Assembly: GCA_964291285.2 (NCBI GenBank)
Contig: OZ219788.1
Coordinates: 128,001 to 192,000 of the forward strand
Reading direction: 5' to 3'
Length of the DNA: 64,000 nt
Source of the DNA: Alphaproteobacteria bacterium
GTDB lineage: Bacteria > Pseudomonadota > Alphaproteobacteria > Bin95
Shown: one piece after another, positions 16,724-28,581 of the stretch
Layout: every line of letters begins with the position of its first letter
How positions within the stretch are numbered: the stretch's first letter is position 1
Position numbers and translations under genes: made by a program
Notes under the pieces: generated by a model
What the model was told of the DNA's origin: nothing
Database searches by the model: none
Seen by the model: only the letters and a program-made list of their open reading frames with translations

Positions 16724-17548
16724 TCATAGCCGCGATCCAAGCACCATGGCACGGGGAATCCCGCCAAGGTCCGCACGGATGTCCCGCACCCGGAACCCTT
16801 GCGCTGCGGCAAGCGCGGCAACGGCGTCCGCCTGGCCGAAACCCAGCTCCAGCACCGCAGCCCCGGCAGGAGACAGCAGGCGGGGAAGGTCTCCCAGAAT
16901 GGCGCGGTAGGCGTCGAGGCCGTCCGCGCCGCCGTCGAGCGCGAGCAGGGGGTCGTGGTCCCGCACTTCCGGCATGAGCGCGGCGATTTCCGCGCTCGGG
17001 ATATAGGGCGGGTTCGAGACCACGAGGTCGAACCGGCCCCCGACCGCGCGCGCCCAGTCTCCCGCCGCGACAACGGCCGGCAGGCCCGCGAGGTTCCGGC
17101 GCGCCGCCCGGCAGGCGCCGGGCGAACGGTCGATGCCAAGCCCCCGCGCTTCCGGCCGCTCGGCCAGCAGCGCCGCCAGCAGGCAGCCGCTGCCGGTGCC
17201 GAGGTCCAGCACGGTGCAAAAGGAGGGCATGGCCGCCAGCGCCGCCTCGACCACCGTCTCGCTGTCCGGGCGGGGGTCAAAGACCTCCGGCGTCAACAGG
17301 AAGTCGCGGCTCCAGAACTCCCGCCGGCCGACGATGCGGGAGAGGGGTTCGCGCGCTGCCCGGCGGGCCGTCAGGGCCTCCAGGCAGGGATGCGGGCTGT
17401 CGTCCGGCCAGCCGGCGAGCGAGGCAACGCCGCCGGCTTCGATCTGGAGCAGCCGCAATTCGCGCCGGGGCTCGTCGATGCCGGCCGCCGCCAGCCGTTC
17501 CGCCAGCGCCGCCAGCCGGGCCCGGCCTTCCGCGGGCGCGGCGCTCAC
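16724..17548 (-). CDS. prmC: Release factor glutamine methyltransferase
   Basis: [28 protein letters not shown]; downstream of prfA. Confidence 0.93.
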   Translation of the reverse strand: MSAAPAEGRARLAALAERLAAAGIDEPRRELRLLQIEAGGVASLAGWPDDSPHPCLEALTARRAAREPLSRIVGRREFWSRDFLLTPEVFDPRPDSETVVEAALAAMPSFCTVLDLGTGSGCLLAALLAERPEARGLGIDRSPGACRAARRNLAGLPAVVAAGDWARAVGGRFDLVVSNPPYIPSAEIAALMPEVRDHDPLLALDGGADGLDAYRAILGDLPRLLSPAGAAVLELGFGQADAVAALAAAQGFRVRDIRADLGGIPRAMVLGSRL

Positions 17549-18603
17549 GACAGTTGCGCAATGCGGGCCGCTTCGTTCTCGGCCGCAAGCGCTTCTATCA
17601 GCTCGTCCAGCTCGCCCTGGATGACCCGGTCGAGCTTGTAGAGCGTGAGGTTGATGCGGTGGTCGGTCACGCGCCCCTGGGGGAAATTATAGGTGCGGAT
17701 GCGTTGCGAGCGGTCGCCCGTGCCGACCTGGCTGCGCCGCTCCGCCGCGCGCTCGGCCTCGGCCTGGGCGCGCTCATGCTCGTAGAGGCGGGCGCGCAGC
17801 ACCTTCATCGCCCGGGCGCGATTCTTGTGCTGGGACTTCTCGTCCTGCTGCTGCACGACGATTCCGGTCGGCAGATGGGTGATCCGCACGGCCGAATCGG
17901 TCGTGTTGACGTGCTGCCCGCCCGCGCCCTGCGCGCGGTAGGTATCGACCTTCAGGTCCTTCTCGTCGATCTGCACATCGACCTCCTCGGCCTCGGGCAG
18001 CACCGCCACCGTGGCGGCCGAGGTGTGAATGCGGCCCTGGCTCTCGGTCTCGGGCACCCGCTGGACGCGATGCGTTCCGGACTCGTATTTCAGGCGCGCG
18101 AACACATCCTTGCCGGCGACCGACATCACCGCTTCCCTGCAGCCGCCGAGCGGCGTCTGCGAGTGCGAGAGCATCTCGACCTTCCAGCGCCGCAACTCGG
18201 CGTAGCGGCGGTACATCGCCAGCAGGTCGCCGGCGAAGAGCGCCGCCTCGTCGCCGCCCGTGCCGGCGCGCACCTCGACGATGGCGCTGCGCGCATCGGC
18301 CTCGTCGCGGGGCAGCAACAGCAGCTGCAGCGTTCGTTCGGCCGCCGCCAGCCGGTCGCGCAGCTCAGGCAGTTCCGACGCCGCCAGCTCGCCGAGCTCG
18401 TCGTCTTCAAGCATCGCCTCGAGGTCGGCCGCCTCGCGCTCCAGCTCCCGGCGCTCGCCGATCGCGGCCGCTACGGTCGAGAGGTCGGAGTATTCCTTCG
18501 ACAGGGCCGCGAGCTCGCCGGACGGCACCTCACCCGTCGAGAGGCGCGCGCCGACCTCCGCGTGGCGGGCGAGAATGGCGTCGAGCTTGTCGTCAAGGCT
18601 CAT
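17545..18603 (-). CDS. prfA: Peptide chain release factor 1
   Basis: [16 protein letters not shown] (PxT), GAGGQHVN. Confidence 0.97.
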   Translation of the reverse strand: MSLDDKLDAILARHAEVGARLSTGEVPSGELAALSKEYSDLSTVAAAIGERRELEREAADLEAMLEDDELGELAASELPELRDRLAAAERTLQLLLLPRDEADARSAIVEVRAGTGGDEAALFAGDLLAMYRRYAELRRWKVEMLSHSQTPLGGCREAVMSVAGKDVFARLKYESGTHRVQRVPETESQGRIHTSAATVAVLPEAEEVDVQIDEKDLKVDTYRAQGAGGQHVNTTDSAVRITHLPTGIVVQQQDEKSQHKNRARAMKVLRARLYEHERAQAEAERAAERRSQVGTGDRSQRIRTYNFPQGRVTDHRINLTLYKLDRVIQGELDELIEALAAENEAARIAQLS

Positions 18604-19838
18604 GGAGCCAGCGCGGCCGCCAGCCGGTTTATCGGGACTTCGCGCTGCTCCCCGCTCTCCATGTCGCGAACGGTGGCAACGCTCCTCGCGATTTCATCGT
18701 CGCCCAGCAGCACCGCCACCCGGGCGCCGGCGCGGTTCGCCTGCTGCATGCGGCGCTTGAGGTTTCCCGACATGCCGAGATCGACGGCGACGCCCGCCCG
18801 CCGCAGCGCGTCGGCGAGCGGCAGGGCGCGCTTCTCGGCCGCCGGCCCGACCGGCACGAGCGAAACCACCGGGGACGGGTCGGGATAGTCGGTCGTCAGC
18901 ATCGCGAGGCGCTCGATGCCGCCCGCCCAGCCGATGCCCGGCGTCGGCGGCCCGCCCATCGCGGCGACCAGGCCGTCATAACGCCCACCGGCTATGACCG
19001 CGCCCTGGGCGCCGAGCGCGTCGGTGGTGAACTCGAAGGCCGTGTGCCCGTAATAGTCCAGCCCCCGCACGAGGCGCGGATTGCGGACATAGGCGATGCC
19101 GAGCGCATCCAGCCCTTCGCAGACCTCGGCGAAGAAATCCGCGGACAGCCCGTTCAGGTAGTCGTCATAGCGGGGCGCATCCGCGGAAACGGCCCTGTCC
19201 CGCCCGTCCTTCGAATCGAGCAGGCGCAGCGGATTGCGCTGCAGGCGGCTCCGCCCCTCTTCCGAAAGCTCCATTTCGCGGCGGGAGAAATAGGCGACCA
19301 GCGCCTCGCGATAGGCCGTCCGGCTGTCGGGGTCGCCGAGCGTGTTCAACTCCAGGCGGGTCGCACCCCGGACCCCGAGCGCGTCGAGCACATGCGCCCC
19401 CGCCTGGATGACCTCTATGTCCGCCGCCGGTCCCGCGACTCCCAGCACTTCGATGCCGATCTGGTGGAACTGGCGCAGCCGCCCCTTCTGCGGGCGCTCA
19501 TGGCGGAACATCGGCCCGCTGTAGAAATATTTGAGCGGCAGCTGCTGCTGGAGATTGCCGGAGATGAACGCGCGCGCCACGCCTGCCGTGTTCTCCGGGC
19601 GAAGCGTCAGGCTGTCGCCGCCCTTGTCGGCGAAGGTGTACATCTCCTTGGTGACGACATCGGACGTCTCGCCGAGCGTGCGCGCGAATACCTCCGTGAA
19701 CTCGAAGACCGGCGTCGCCACGCTGCGATAGTTGAACAGAGCCGCCACGCGCCGCGCCGTCTCCTCGACATGGCGGTGGCGCTCCCAGACTTCCGGCAGC
19801 AGGTCCTGGGTGCCGCGAACGGCACGAAGCTTCGCCAT
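18600..19838 (-). CDS. hisS: Histidine--tRNA ligase
   Basis: [32 protein letters not shown]. Confidence 0.97.
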   Translation of the reverse strand: MAKLRAVRGTQDLLPEVWERHRHVEETARRVAALFNYRSVATPVFEFTEVFARTLGETSDVVTKEMYTFADKGGDSLTLRPENTAGVARAFISGNLQQQLPLKYFYSGPMFRHERPQKGRLRQFHQIGIEVLGVAGPAADIEVIQAGAHVLDALGVRGATRLELNTLGDPDSRTAYREALVAYFSRREMELSEEGRSRLQRNPLRLLDSKDGRDRAVSADAPRYDDYLNGLSADFFAEVCEGLDALGIAYVRNPRLVRGLDYYGHTAFEFTTDALGAQGAVIAGGRYDGLVAAMGGPPTPGIGWAGGIERLAMLTTDYPDPSPVVSLVPVGPAAEKRALPLADALRRAGVAVDLGMSGNLKRRMQQANRAGARVAVLLGDDEIARSVATVRDMESGEQREVPINRLAAALAP

Positions 19839-20953
19839 CAGGCCGCCTCTTGCGCCCGCTCGGCTTCGATTTCCCGGGCCTTTTCCTCGATGAGCCCGAC
19901 GAGATGGTCCACGACATCGGTGTTCTGAATGCGGTGATGCGGCAGGCCGGCCACATAGACCATGTGCGTGCCTTTGCCGCCGCCGGTGATGCCGATATCC
20001 GTCTCGCGCGCCTCGCCCGGACCGTTGACGACGCAGCCGATTACCGAAACTGTCATCGGCGTCGTGATATGGGCGAGTCGCTGCTCCAGCACGGCCACCG
20101 TCTCGATGACCTCGAACTGCTGCCGGGCGCAGGACGGACAGGACACGATATTGACGCCGCGGTGGCGCAGGCCGAGCGCCTTGAGAATCTCGAATCCCGC
20201 ACGCACCTCTTCGTCCGGGTCGGCCGACAGCGAGACGCGCACGGTGTCACCGATCCCGGCCCACAGCAGCGAGCCGAGGCCGATGGCCGACTTGACCGTC
20301 CCGGTGCGCAGGCCGCCCGCCTCGGTTATGCCGATATGCAGCGGATAGTCGCAGGCTTCCGCAAGCCCGTGATAGGCGGCCGCCGCCAGGAAGATGTCGG
20401 ACGCCTTCACGCTGATCTTGAACTCGAAGAAGTCGTTGTCTTCCAGAATGCGGGCGTGTTCCAGCGCGCTCTCGACCAGCGCCTCCGGGCAGGGTTCGCC
20501 GTATTTTTCAAGCAGGTGGCGCTCGAGGCTGCCGGCATTCACGCCGATCCGCATCGAGCATCCGTGGTCCTTCGCCGCCTGCACCACCTCGCGCACGCGC
20601 GCGGCCGAGCCGATATTGCCAGGATTGATGCGCAGGCAGGCCGCGCCGGCCTTCGCCGCTTCGATGGCCCGGCGGTAGTGGAAGTGGATGTCGGCGACGA
20701 TGGGAACGCCGGCTTCCGGCACGATCTCCGCGAGCGCCGCGGTGCTCTCCTCGTCGGGACAGGACACCCGGACGATGTCGGCGCCTGCCAGTGCGGCCCT
20801 GCGCACCTGCGCGATCGTCGCGGCGACATCGCCGGTCGGCGTGTTGGTCATGGTCTGGACACTGATCGGGGCGTCGCCGCCGACCTCGACCGGCCCGACC
20901 CGGATTTTCCGGGAGGTCCGGCGATAGATGTCACGATAGGGACGAACGCTCAT
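19838..20953 (-). CDS. ispG: (E)-4-hydroxy-3-methylbut-2-enyl-diphosphate synthase
   Basis: [36 protein letters not shown]. Confidence 0.97.
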   Translation of the reverse strand: MSVRPYRDIYRRTSRKIRVGPVEVGGDAPISVQTMTNTPTGDVAATIAQVRRAALAGADIVRVSCPDEESTAALAEIVPEAGVPIVADIHFHYRRAIEAAKAGAACLRINPGNIGSAARVREVVQAAKDHGCSMRIGVNAGSLERHLLEKYGEPCPEALVESALEHARILEDNDFFEFKISVKASDIFLAAAAYHGLAEACDYPLHIGITEAGGLRTGTVKSAIGLGSLLWAGIGDTVRVSLSADPDEEVRAGFEILKALGLRHRGVNIVSCPSCARQQFEVIETVAVLEQRLAHITTPMTVSVIGCVVNGPGEARETDIGITGGGKGTHMVYVAGLPHHRIQNTDVVDHLVGLIEEKAREIEAERAQEAA

Positions 20954-21011
20954 TCAGCACCTTCGGGATGCTTGTTTCCACCAGGCTGCTTCCGGCTCCG
21001 GAAAGGGCCCG

Positions 21012-22040
21012 TCAGCCTCCGGTCCGCCCTCGCAGCAGCAGTTCGGCATCGATCGGGACATGGCGCACGACCGCACCCGACTCACCCAGCTTCGGAATCT
21101 GGATACCGTCCACCGTGATTTCCAGCCCTCCGGCATTGCCGACGCTCAGCACCAGCCCACGCCCTTCCGGCGCCCGATACCGCTCGCCTGCGCCCAGAAG
21201 CCGCTCCACCAGCACCTCGTTCGTCTCGACGGAGCGAACCTCGATATAGGCGGGCTCGACGGCATGGAACACGATTCCTTCGGCAGCGGATGCGGCATTG
21301 TCCGCCCGCGCCCGAAGCGAGGGTTCTTCCGGCCTCGTCGCGGCAACAGCCGGCAGGCCCGGGCTTACCCCTGCCGCCACTTCATCATCTGCTTCGACCG
21401 GATCGGACGCTGCGCTCCAGGCTTCTCCCGCCGCCGAATGCCGCTCCGTCAGCCCTGCCGCATCGTCAACCGCAGGCGACACGGCGGCTGGCACATCCAG
21501 CACCCGCTCGGACGGGGCAAGCTCCATCACCAGCCGCTCCGGCATGACGGCGACCACCCGCTCGTCACGCAACTGTTCGACGCTGAAATAGTACCAGCCG
21601 GCATAAGCCGCGATCGCCAGCAGCACCGAGGCTCCTATCAGGGCACCGCCGGGCAGGGAGCGGTCGCGCGCAGGCAGCGGCGGCAGCGGCGTGTCCGGCC
21701 CGGGTCTCGAATCGAGCCCCGCTTCCGCGCGGACCAACACCTGGTCTGGATCCGCCTCGACATGGATGGCGTAGCTGCGAAGAAATGCCCGCGCATAAAC
21801 CGAATTAGGGAGTGCCCGCCAATCGTCTTCTTCAATAGCTTTAAGATAAGGCATTCGTATGCGCAATGCCTGGGAGACATGGTTCAGCGTTTCGTGCCGC
21901 ATCTCCCGGCAGCGCCGCAAATAGGCGCCAACGGTTTCCTCGCCACGAAACTCATATGTTTCCGACGGCGTGTTACGCCGTCCTCTCGCCCGGATACGAA
22001 TTGCGCGCAATCGCGCATGCGATCCACCTGAACTTTGCAT
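21012..22040 (-). CDS. rodZ: RodZ-like HTH/TM/DUF4115 protein (start uncertain)
   Basis: VGAYLRRCRE...LRIRMPYLKAIEE..LP..YARAFLRSYA, one TM segment, C-terminal GNAGGL; upstream of ispG. Confidence 0.8.
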   Translation of the reverse strand: MQSSGGSHARLRAIRIRARGRRNTPSETYEFRGEETVGAYLRRCREMRHETLNHVSQALRIRMPYLKAIEEDDWRALPNSVYARAFLRSYAIHVEADPDQVLVRAEAGLDSRPGPDTPLPPLPARDRSLPGGALIGASVLLAIAAYAGWYYFSVEQLRDERVVAVMPERLVMELAPSERVLDVPAAVSPAVDDAAGLTERHSAAGEAWSAASDPVEADDEVAAGVSPGLPAVAATRPEEPSLRARADNAASAAEGIVFHAVEPAYIEVRSVETNEVLVERLLGAGERYRAPEGRGLVLSVGNAGGLEITVDGIQIPKLGESGAVVRHVPIDAELLLRGRTGG

Positions 22041-22115
22041 CGGCGCGCGAACTTTCTCTCCTTATCCGGAATAATGTCAGAGAGAGTCGCTGCAAATCAA
22101 GCGCGAAATCCACCC

Positions 22116-24374
22116 TTACAACGGAATGTCATGGTCGAGTGCATAGGCGCGCAATTTGTCGCGGACAGTACGGTCCGGAAGGCCCGCAAGAGACCGGACA
22201 TAATCGGCAAGCGGCGCAACCTCGGTTGCGCGCAGCATCGCCTTTACGGGTCCCACTGAAGCCGGCGCCACCGACAGCGTCCGGAAACCGAGGCCGATCA
22301 ACGTCATCGCCTCCAGCACGCCTCCGGCCATCTCTCCGCAGAACGCGATCGGCCGGTTGGCGCCCCTGGCGCTGTCCACGATATGGGCAAAGAACGCCAG
22401 CACCGCCGGCGAAAGCAGGTCGTAGCGCGCCGAAACCCTCGGATTTGCGCGGTCGGCTGCGAAAAAGAATTGCAGCAGGTCGTTGCTGCCGACCGAAATG
22501 AAGTCCGTCAACCGCAACAGCGCCGGCAATTGCCAGACCAGCGCCGGCACCTCGAGCATGGCGCCGGCGAAAACCGATGCCGGAGCGTCCCGGCCCTGTC
22601 TTCGCTCCCGGTCGATCTCCGCGTCCAGAGCCGCCCTTGCGCGCTCGAACTCGGAGACTTCGGCCACCATCGGAAACATCACATGCAGGTCGCGGCCGGC
22701 AGCCGCGCGCACCATGGCCCGAAGCTGCTGGCGGAGCATTTGCGGCCGGTCGAGCGTGAGCCGCAGCGCCCGCCAGCCCATGGCCGGGTTCTCCTCCTCC
22801 GCCTGCCGCCAGTAGGGCAAGACCTTGTCGCCGCCGATATCGAGCGTGCGGAACACCAGCGGCCTCCCCGCGGACAGGTCCAGCGCCCGGCTGTAAAGGC
22901 GTTGCTGGTCCTCCACGTCGGGGAAGCGCGACCGGACGATGAAGGGAATCTCCGTCCGGTAGAGGCCGACGCCGTCCGCGCCGACGGCGGCGACCTGCTG
23001 AATGTCGATCAGCAGGCCGGCATTGATATTGAGCGACACCTCCACGCCGTCGATCGAACGCGCCGCCTTGTCCCGAAGCACGGCGAACTGCGCGCGCCGC
23101 TCCTCCCGCATCTGCATGGCGTGGAGAAAACTCTGCTCGACCTGCGCGCCCGGCCGAATGAAGACTTGGCCGTTCTCGCCGTCTACGGCGACGCGGTCGC
23201 CGCTCTCCGCTATGGCGGAGATGTCCTTGAGGTCGCCCAGGACCGGAATGTCGAGGGCGCGCGCGACAATGACGACATGCGCCGTGTGCGACCCTTCCTC
23301 CAGCAGCAGGGCGCGCAGCCTTTCGCGCGGATAATCGAGCAGCTCGGCCGGCCCCATATTCCGGGCCACCAGAACCGCGTCGCCGGGAAGCTCATCCTTC
23401 TGCATCCTGCCCGCCTCGCCGGCCAGGTGCTCGAGCAGCCGGTGGCTGAGGTCATCGAGGTCATGCAGGCGCTCGCGGAAGAACGGGTCGCGCATCTGCC
23501 GCATGCGGGCCCGCATCTGCTCCTGGATTCGAACGACGGCGCCTTCGGCGCTCAGCCCGCCGCGCACGGCTTCCCGGATCCGCGAGAGCCAGCCCCGGTC
23601 TTCGGCGAACATCCGGTAGGCCTGCAACACCTCACGGTGCTCGCCTTCCCCGGCAAGGTCGGCCGCGTGGAAGCGGTCGTCCAGCGCCCGGTGCATTTCA
23701 TCCAGAGCCTGGTCCACCCGCGCGATCTCCACGGCGGCATCGGCGCCCGACACCATGCTCTGCACGGGCAGCCGGGCCTCGTGCATATAAGCCGAGCCGA
23801 GGGCGACCCCGGCGTTCAGCACCCGGCCTTCCAGACGCACGGGCCGCAGGTCCTCGCCGATGTCCTCGCCCGGCGGTTCATGCGCAGCCGCGACCTCCGC
23901 GACCAGCATAGCCACGGTCTGCAGGGCATCGACCTCGTCCGTGGCGTAGAGCCGGGGACGGACGTTCTGCACGGTGAGCACGCCGACGACCAGGCCGCCG
24001 CGCAGCAGCGGCACGCCGACAAAGGAATGGAATGCTTCCTCGCCGGTTTCGGGCCGGTAGGCGAAGTTTTCGTGCGCAGTCGCCTCGGACAGGTTCACCG
24101 GCCGGGCGCTCTCCGCGACCAGGCCGACAAGGCCCTCGCCGACCGCAAGCGTCGTGGTGTGGACCGCCTCCGGATTCAGGCCTCTGGTTGCCGTCAACCA
24201 CAGGCGGTTGTCGCCGTGCCGGACATAGATGGAGCAGACCTCCGCGGCCATCACATCGGCAATTTCCGCGGTTATCCCGTCGAGGCGGTCCTGCTTGTCC
24301 ACAACAGTCGCCGCCACCTCGCGGACACGCTGCAGCAGCAGGCGCGAGGCGTCCGGGCGGGCAGCCCGCGTCAC
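22116..24374 (-). CDS. ptsP: PEP--protein phosphotransferase EI-Ntr (GAF + EI)
   Basis: AEVCSIY GAF domain, GSHTAHVVIVAR, GLYRTE, RTLDIGGDK, SVGSNDL, CGEMA; GTG start overlaps the upstream stop. Confidence 0.95.
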   Translation of the reverse strand: MTRAARPDASRLLLQRVREVAATVVDKQDRLDGITAEIADVMAAEVCSIYVRHGDNRLWLTATRGLNPEAVHTTTLAVGEGLVGLVAESARPVNLSEATAHENFAYRPETGEEAFHSFVGVPLLRGGLVVGVLTVQNVRPRLYATDEVDALQTVAMLVAEVAAAHEPPGEDIGEDLRPVRLEGRVLNAGVALGSAYMHEARLPVQSMVSGADAAVEIARVDQALDEMHRALDDRFHAADLAGEGEHREVLQAYRMFAEDRGWLSRIREAVRGGLSAEGAVVRIQEQMRARMRQMRDPFFRERLHDLDDLSHRLLEHLAGEAGRMQKDELPGDAVLVARNMGPAELLDYPRERLRALLLEEGSHTAHVVIVARALDIPVLGDLKDISAIAESGDRVAVDGENGQVFIRPGAQVEQSFLHAMQMREERRAQFAVLRDKAARSIDGVEVSLNINAGLLIDIQQVAAVGADGVGLYRTEIPFIVRSRFPDVEDQQRLYSRALDLSAGRPLVFRTLDIGGDKVLPYWRQAEEENPAMGWRALRLTLDRPQMLRQQLRAMVRAAAGRDLHVMFPMVAEVSEFERARAALDAEIDRERRQGRDAPASVFAGAMLEVPALVWQLPALLRLTDFISVGSNDLLQFFFAADRANPRVSARYDLLSPAVLAFFAHIVDSARGANRPIAFCGEMAGGVLEAMTLIGLGFRTLSVAPASVGPVKAMLRATEVAPLADYVRSLAGLPDRTVRDKLRAYALDHDIPL

Positions 24375-25387
24375 AGGCGCCTCCGTTCCGTCAGCATGGA
24401 AAGCGCCTGCCCGCACAACTCTTCGAGGATGTCCGACACCGGCTCGATCCGCTTCACCATTCCGACGCTCTGGCCCGCCATGACCGAGCCGTTCTCGACA
24501 TCCCCCTCGATGACGGCGCGCCGCAATGCGCCCGCCCAGAAATGCTCGATTTCCAGCTGGGCTTCCTTGAGGCCGAGTTCGCCGGCCCGGTGGCGGCCGA
24601 TCACCTCGTGCTGGAACGCGGCGAACCGGCGGGACGCATCGTTGGCGAGCGCGCGCACGGGAACCACCGGGAAGCGCGGGTCCACCTGCTGCGAGAGCAC
24701 CGCGTCCCGCGCCTCCCCGCGCAGGAACGCCTGCTTGAATCGCGGATGAGCGATGGACTCCTCCGCTGCCGCGAACCGCGTGCCGATCTGGCAGCCCGAC
24801 GCACCCATCTCCAGAAAGGCGAGCACCGCTTCCCCCCGCCCTATGCCGCCGGCCACGAAAACCGGGACATTGCGGATCTCGGGCAGAATCTCCTGCGCGA
24901 GCACCGCGGTGGCGACGGGCCCGGTATGGCCGCCGGCCTCCGCGCCTTCCACGATCAGCGCATCGGCGCCGTCCCGAACCAGCTTGCGGGCGAGCGGAAG
25001 CGCCGGGGCGAAGCAGACGAGCCTGGCGCCCCACCCTTTCACGCGGCGCATGGCGGCGCGGCCGGGCAGCCCGCCCGCGAGCACGACGTGGCTGACGCCC
25101 ATCTCTCCGCAGACATCGATCAGCGCGTCCAGTTGCGGATGCATGGTGATGAGGTTGACGCCGAAGGGCCTGTCCGTGAGCGCCCGCGTGCCGGCGATCT
25201 CCAGCGCCAGCCGGTCGGGCTCCATCGCGCCGCAGGCGATGACGCCGAACGCCCCTGCCTCCGATATGGCGGAAACCAGGTTCCGTTCCGAAACCCATGT
25301 CATCGCGCCGCCCATGATGGCGGCCTCGCAACCGAGGAATTCCCGGCCCCGCGCCCAGAGCCGGTCGAGCTGCGCCCTCGCGCCCAT
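24371..25387 (-). CDS. Nitronate monooxygenase/FabK-like flavin oxidoreductase
   Basis: GGAMTWVS, EGAEAGGH, AGGIG, GSVMAGQSVG. Confidence 0.9.
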   Translation of the reverse strand: MGARAQLDRLWARGREFLGCEAAIMGGAMTWVSERNLVSAISEAGAFGVIACGAMEPDRLALEIAGTRALTDRPFGVNLITMHPQLDALIDVCGEMGVSHVVLAGGLPGRAAMRRVKGWGARLVCFAPALPLARKLVRDGADALIVEGAEAGGHTGPVATAVLAQEILPEIRNVPVFVAGGIGRGEAVLAFLEMGASGCQIGTRFAAAEESIAHPRFKQAFLRGEARDAVLSQQVDPRFPVVPVRALANDASRRFAAFQHEVIGRHRAGELGLKEAQLEIEHFWAGALRRAVIEGDVENGSVMAGQSVGMVKRIEPVSDILEELCGQALSMLTERRRL

Positions 25388-25388
25388 C

Positions 25389-26606
<1,218 letters not shown>

Positions 26607-26690
26607 GAAACACCCTTCGACCGCCTGCAACGGCTTGCCGCCGGCGGGCGGGCGCAACATATTCCGGCCTCCCGGTTGGAACAAGTTGCG

Positions 26691-27740
26691 ATGAAAGAGC
26701 CCGGCGAAACCGTGGATGCGGAAGAAACCCGGCGTTTCGCCGCCATCGCCGATGAGTGGTGGGACCCCGAAGGCAAGTTCAGGCCGCTCCACGCCATGAA
26801 CCCGGTCAGGATCGGCTGGGTGCGGGACCGGATCGCCGACCGCTTCGGCCGCGACCCGCTGGCACCGCGCCCGCTGGCAGGCCTCAGCCTGCTGGACGCC
26901 GGATGCGGCGGCGGGCTCGTGGCGGAACCGATGGCGCGGCTGGGCGCCGCCGTCACCGCCATCGATGCCGAACCGGAGACCGTTGAGGTTGCGCGCGCCC
27001 ACGGAACGGCCGCCGGCCTCGACATCGATTATCGCTGCGCCGCGGTCGAATCCCTGGCCGGCGAGCGCTTCGACGCCGTTCTCGCGCTGGAACTCGTGGA
27101 GCATGTCCCGGACCTCGGCGCGTTCGTCAGCGCAGCGGCGGGGCTCCTCAAGCCCGGCGGGCTCATGCTGTTCTCGACGCTCAACCGCACGGCGGAGAGC
27201 CTGCTCAAGGCGAAGATCGGCGCGGAATACCTGCTGCGCTGGCTGCCGCCGGGCACGCATGACTTCTCGCGTTTCGTGAAGCCTTCGGAGCTGGCCCGCG
27301 CAGCAAGGGGGGCGGGTTTGCGTCCGGCGGAGGTTTCGGGCATGAGCTATGCGCCGCTTTCCGGCGTCTGGACCCTCACCCGCGACCTTTCGGTGAACTA
27401 TCTGATGGCTGCAACCTCCCCCGAAGCCTCCGGCCTCGTCAGCGACTATGGCGGCCGCGAGGCCGGCCCGGTCGAACGCGACGAGACGCCGCCCGACGGG
27501 TTCGGCAAGCGCGTGGATGCGATGAAGGTCCTGCTCCAGGACCACGACCCGCGCCTCACCAGCGACAGCAGCCGGCGCGCGCAGGAGGACCTGCCCGGGC
27601 CGCTTTACGACGGCCTCGGCTACTATCAGCGCTGGCTGCTGGCCCTCAAGGCCAACATCGTCGAGCTCGGCATCCTCCGGGAGGAGGAGATCGCCGAGCG
27701 CCTTGCCCGATATCGAGAAAAGGACTCTCCCGACACATGA
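26691..27740 (+). CDS. ubiG: UbiG O-methyltransferase fused to a C-terminal nitrile hydratase beta/ScnB-like domain
   Basis: WWDPEGKFRPLHAMNPVR, LDAGCGGG, ELVEHV, GAEYLLRWLP.GTH, VNY; continues without a stop into DYGG..GPV...RVDA...RRAQEDL...Y..LGYYQRW. Confidence 0.88.
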   Translation: MKEPGETVDAEETRRFAAIADEWWDPEGKFRPLHAMNPVRIGWVRDRIADRFGRDPLAPRPLAGLSLLDAGCGGGLVAEPMARLGAAVTAIDAEPETVEVARAHGTAAGLDIDYRCAAVESLAGERFDAVLALELVEHVPDLGAFVSAAAGLLKPGGLMLFSTLNRTAESLLKAKIGAEYLLRWLPPGTHDFSRFVKPSELARAARGAGLRPAEVSGMSYAPLSGVWTLTRDLSVNYLMAATSPEASGLVSDYGGREAGPVERDETPPDGFGKRVDAMKVLLQDHDPRLTSDSSRRAQEDLPGPLYDGLGYYQRWLLALKANIVELGILREEEIAERLARYREKDSPDT

Positions 27741-28576
27741 AAACCGGCGTCTTCATCTTCCCGACGGACTATTCCATCGACATCACCGAGCTCGCCGTCG
27801 CGCTGGAAGAGAGGGGCTTCGAGGCGCTTTTCGTGCCCGAGCACACCCATATCCCCACCAGCCGGCGCTCGCCCTTCCCGGCCGGCGGGCCGCTGCAGAA
27901 GCGCTATGCGCACACCCACGACCCCTTCATCGCGCTGTCCTTCGCGGCGGCGGCGACGGAGAAGCTGACCATCGGCACCGGCATCTGCCTCCTTGCCCAG
28001 CGGGACCCCATCGTGACCGCCAAGGTCGTTGCAAGCCTCGACCGGCTGTCCGGCGGGCGCTTCATCTTCGGCCTCGGCGGCGGCTGGAATGTCGAGGAGA
28101 TGGAAGACCACGGCGCGACCTACCGCACCCGCTTCGCGATCGTGCGCGAGCGCGTGCTGGCGATGAAGAAGCTCTGGACGGAGGACGAGGCGTCCTTCTC
28201 CGGCGAACATGTGTCCTTCGAGCCCTGCTGGTCCTGGCCGAAGCCCGTCCAGACGCCGAACCCGCCGCTGCTGATGGGCGGGGAGACCGACTACACGCTG
28301 CGCCGCGTGGTGGACTATTGCGACGGTTGGCTGCCGCGGCCGCGGCCGGGCTTCGACCCCAAGGTCGAGATGGATCGCCTGCGCGCCCATGCCGACGCCG
28401 CCGGGCGGGACATGTCCAGCCTGCAGGTCACGCTCTTCCGCGCGCCGCCGGACAAGGAGAAGCTCGCCGCCTGCCGCGAGGCCGGTATGGACCGCGCGCT
28501 GTTCGAGATACCGGACATGAGCCGCGACGAGGCACTCAGGCTGCTAGACGACTACGCGCCGCTGGCCGCCTGCTGA
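27737..28576 (+). CDS. LLM-class F420-dependent oxidoreductase (Rv2161c-like)
   Basis: FVPEHTHIP, DPF..L, RDPIVTAKVVASLDRLSGGRF..G.G.GWN.EEM, PKPVQ. Confidence 0.88.
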   Translation: MKTGVFIFPTDYSIDITELAVALEERGFEALFVPEHTHIPTSRRSPFPAGGPLQKRYAHTHDPFIALSFAAAATEKLTIGTGICLLAQRDPIVTAKVVASLDRLSGGRFIFGLGGGWNVEEMEDHGATYRTRFAIVRERVLAMKKLWTEDEASFSGEHVSFEPCWSWPKPVQTPNPPLLMGGETDYTLRRVVDYCDGWLPRPRPGFDPKVEMDRLRAHADAAGRDMSSLQVTLFRAPPDKEKLAACREAGMDRALFEIPDMSRDEALRLLDDYAPLAAC

Positions 28577-28581
28577 ACCCG

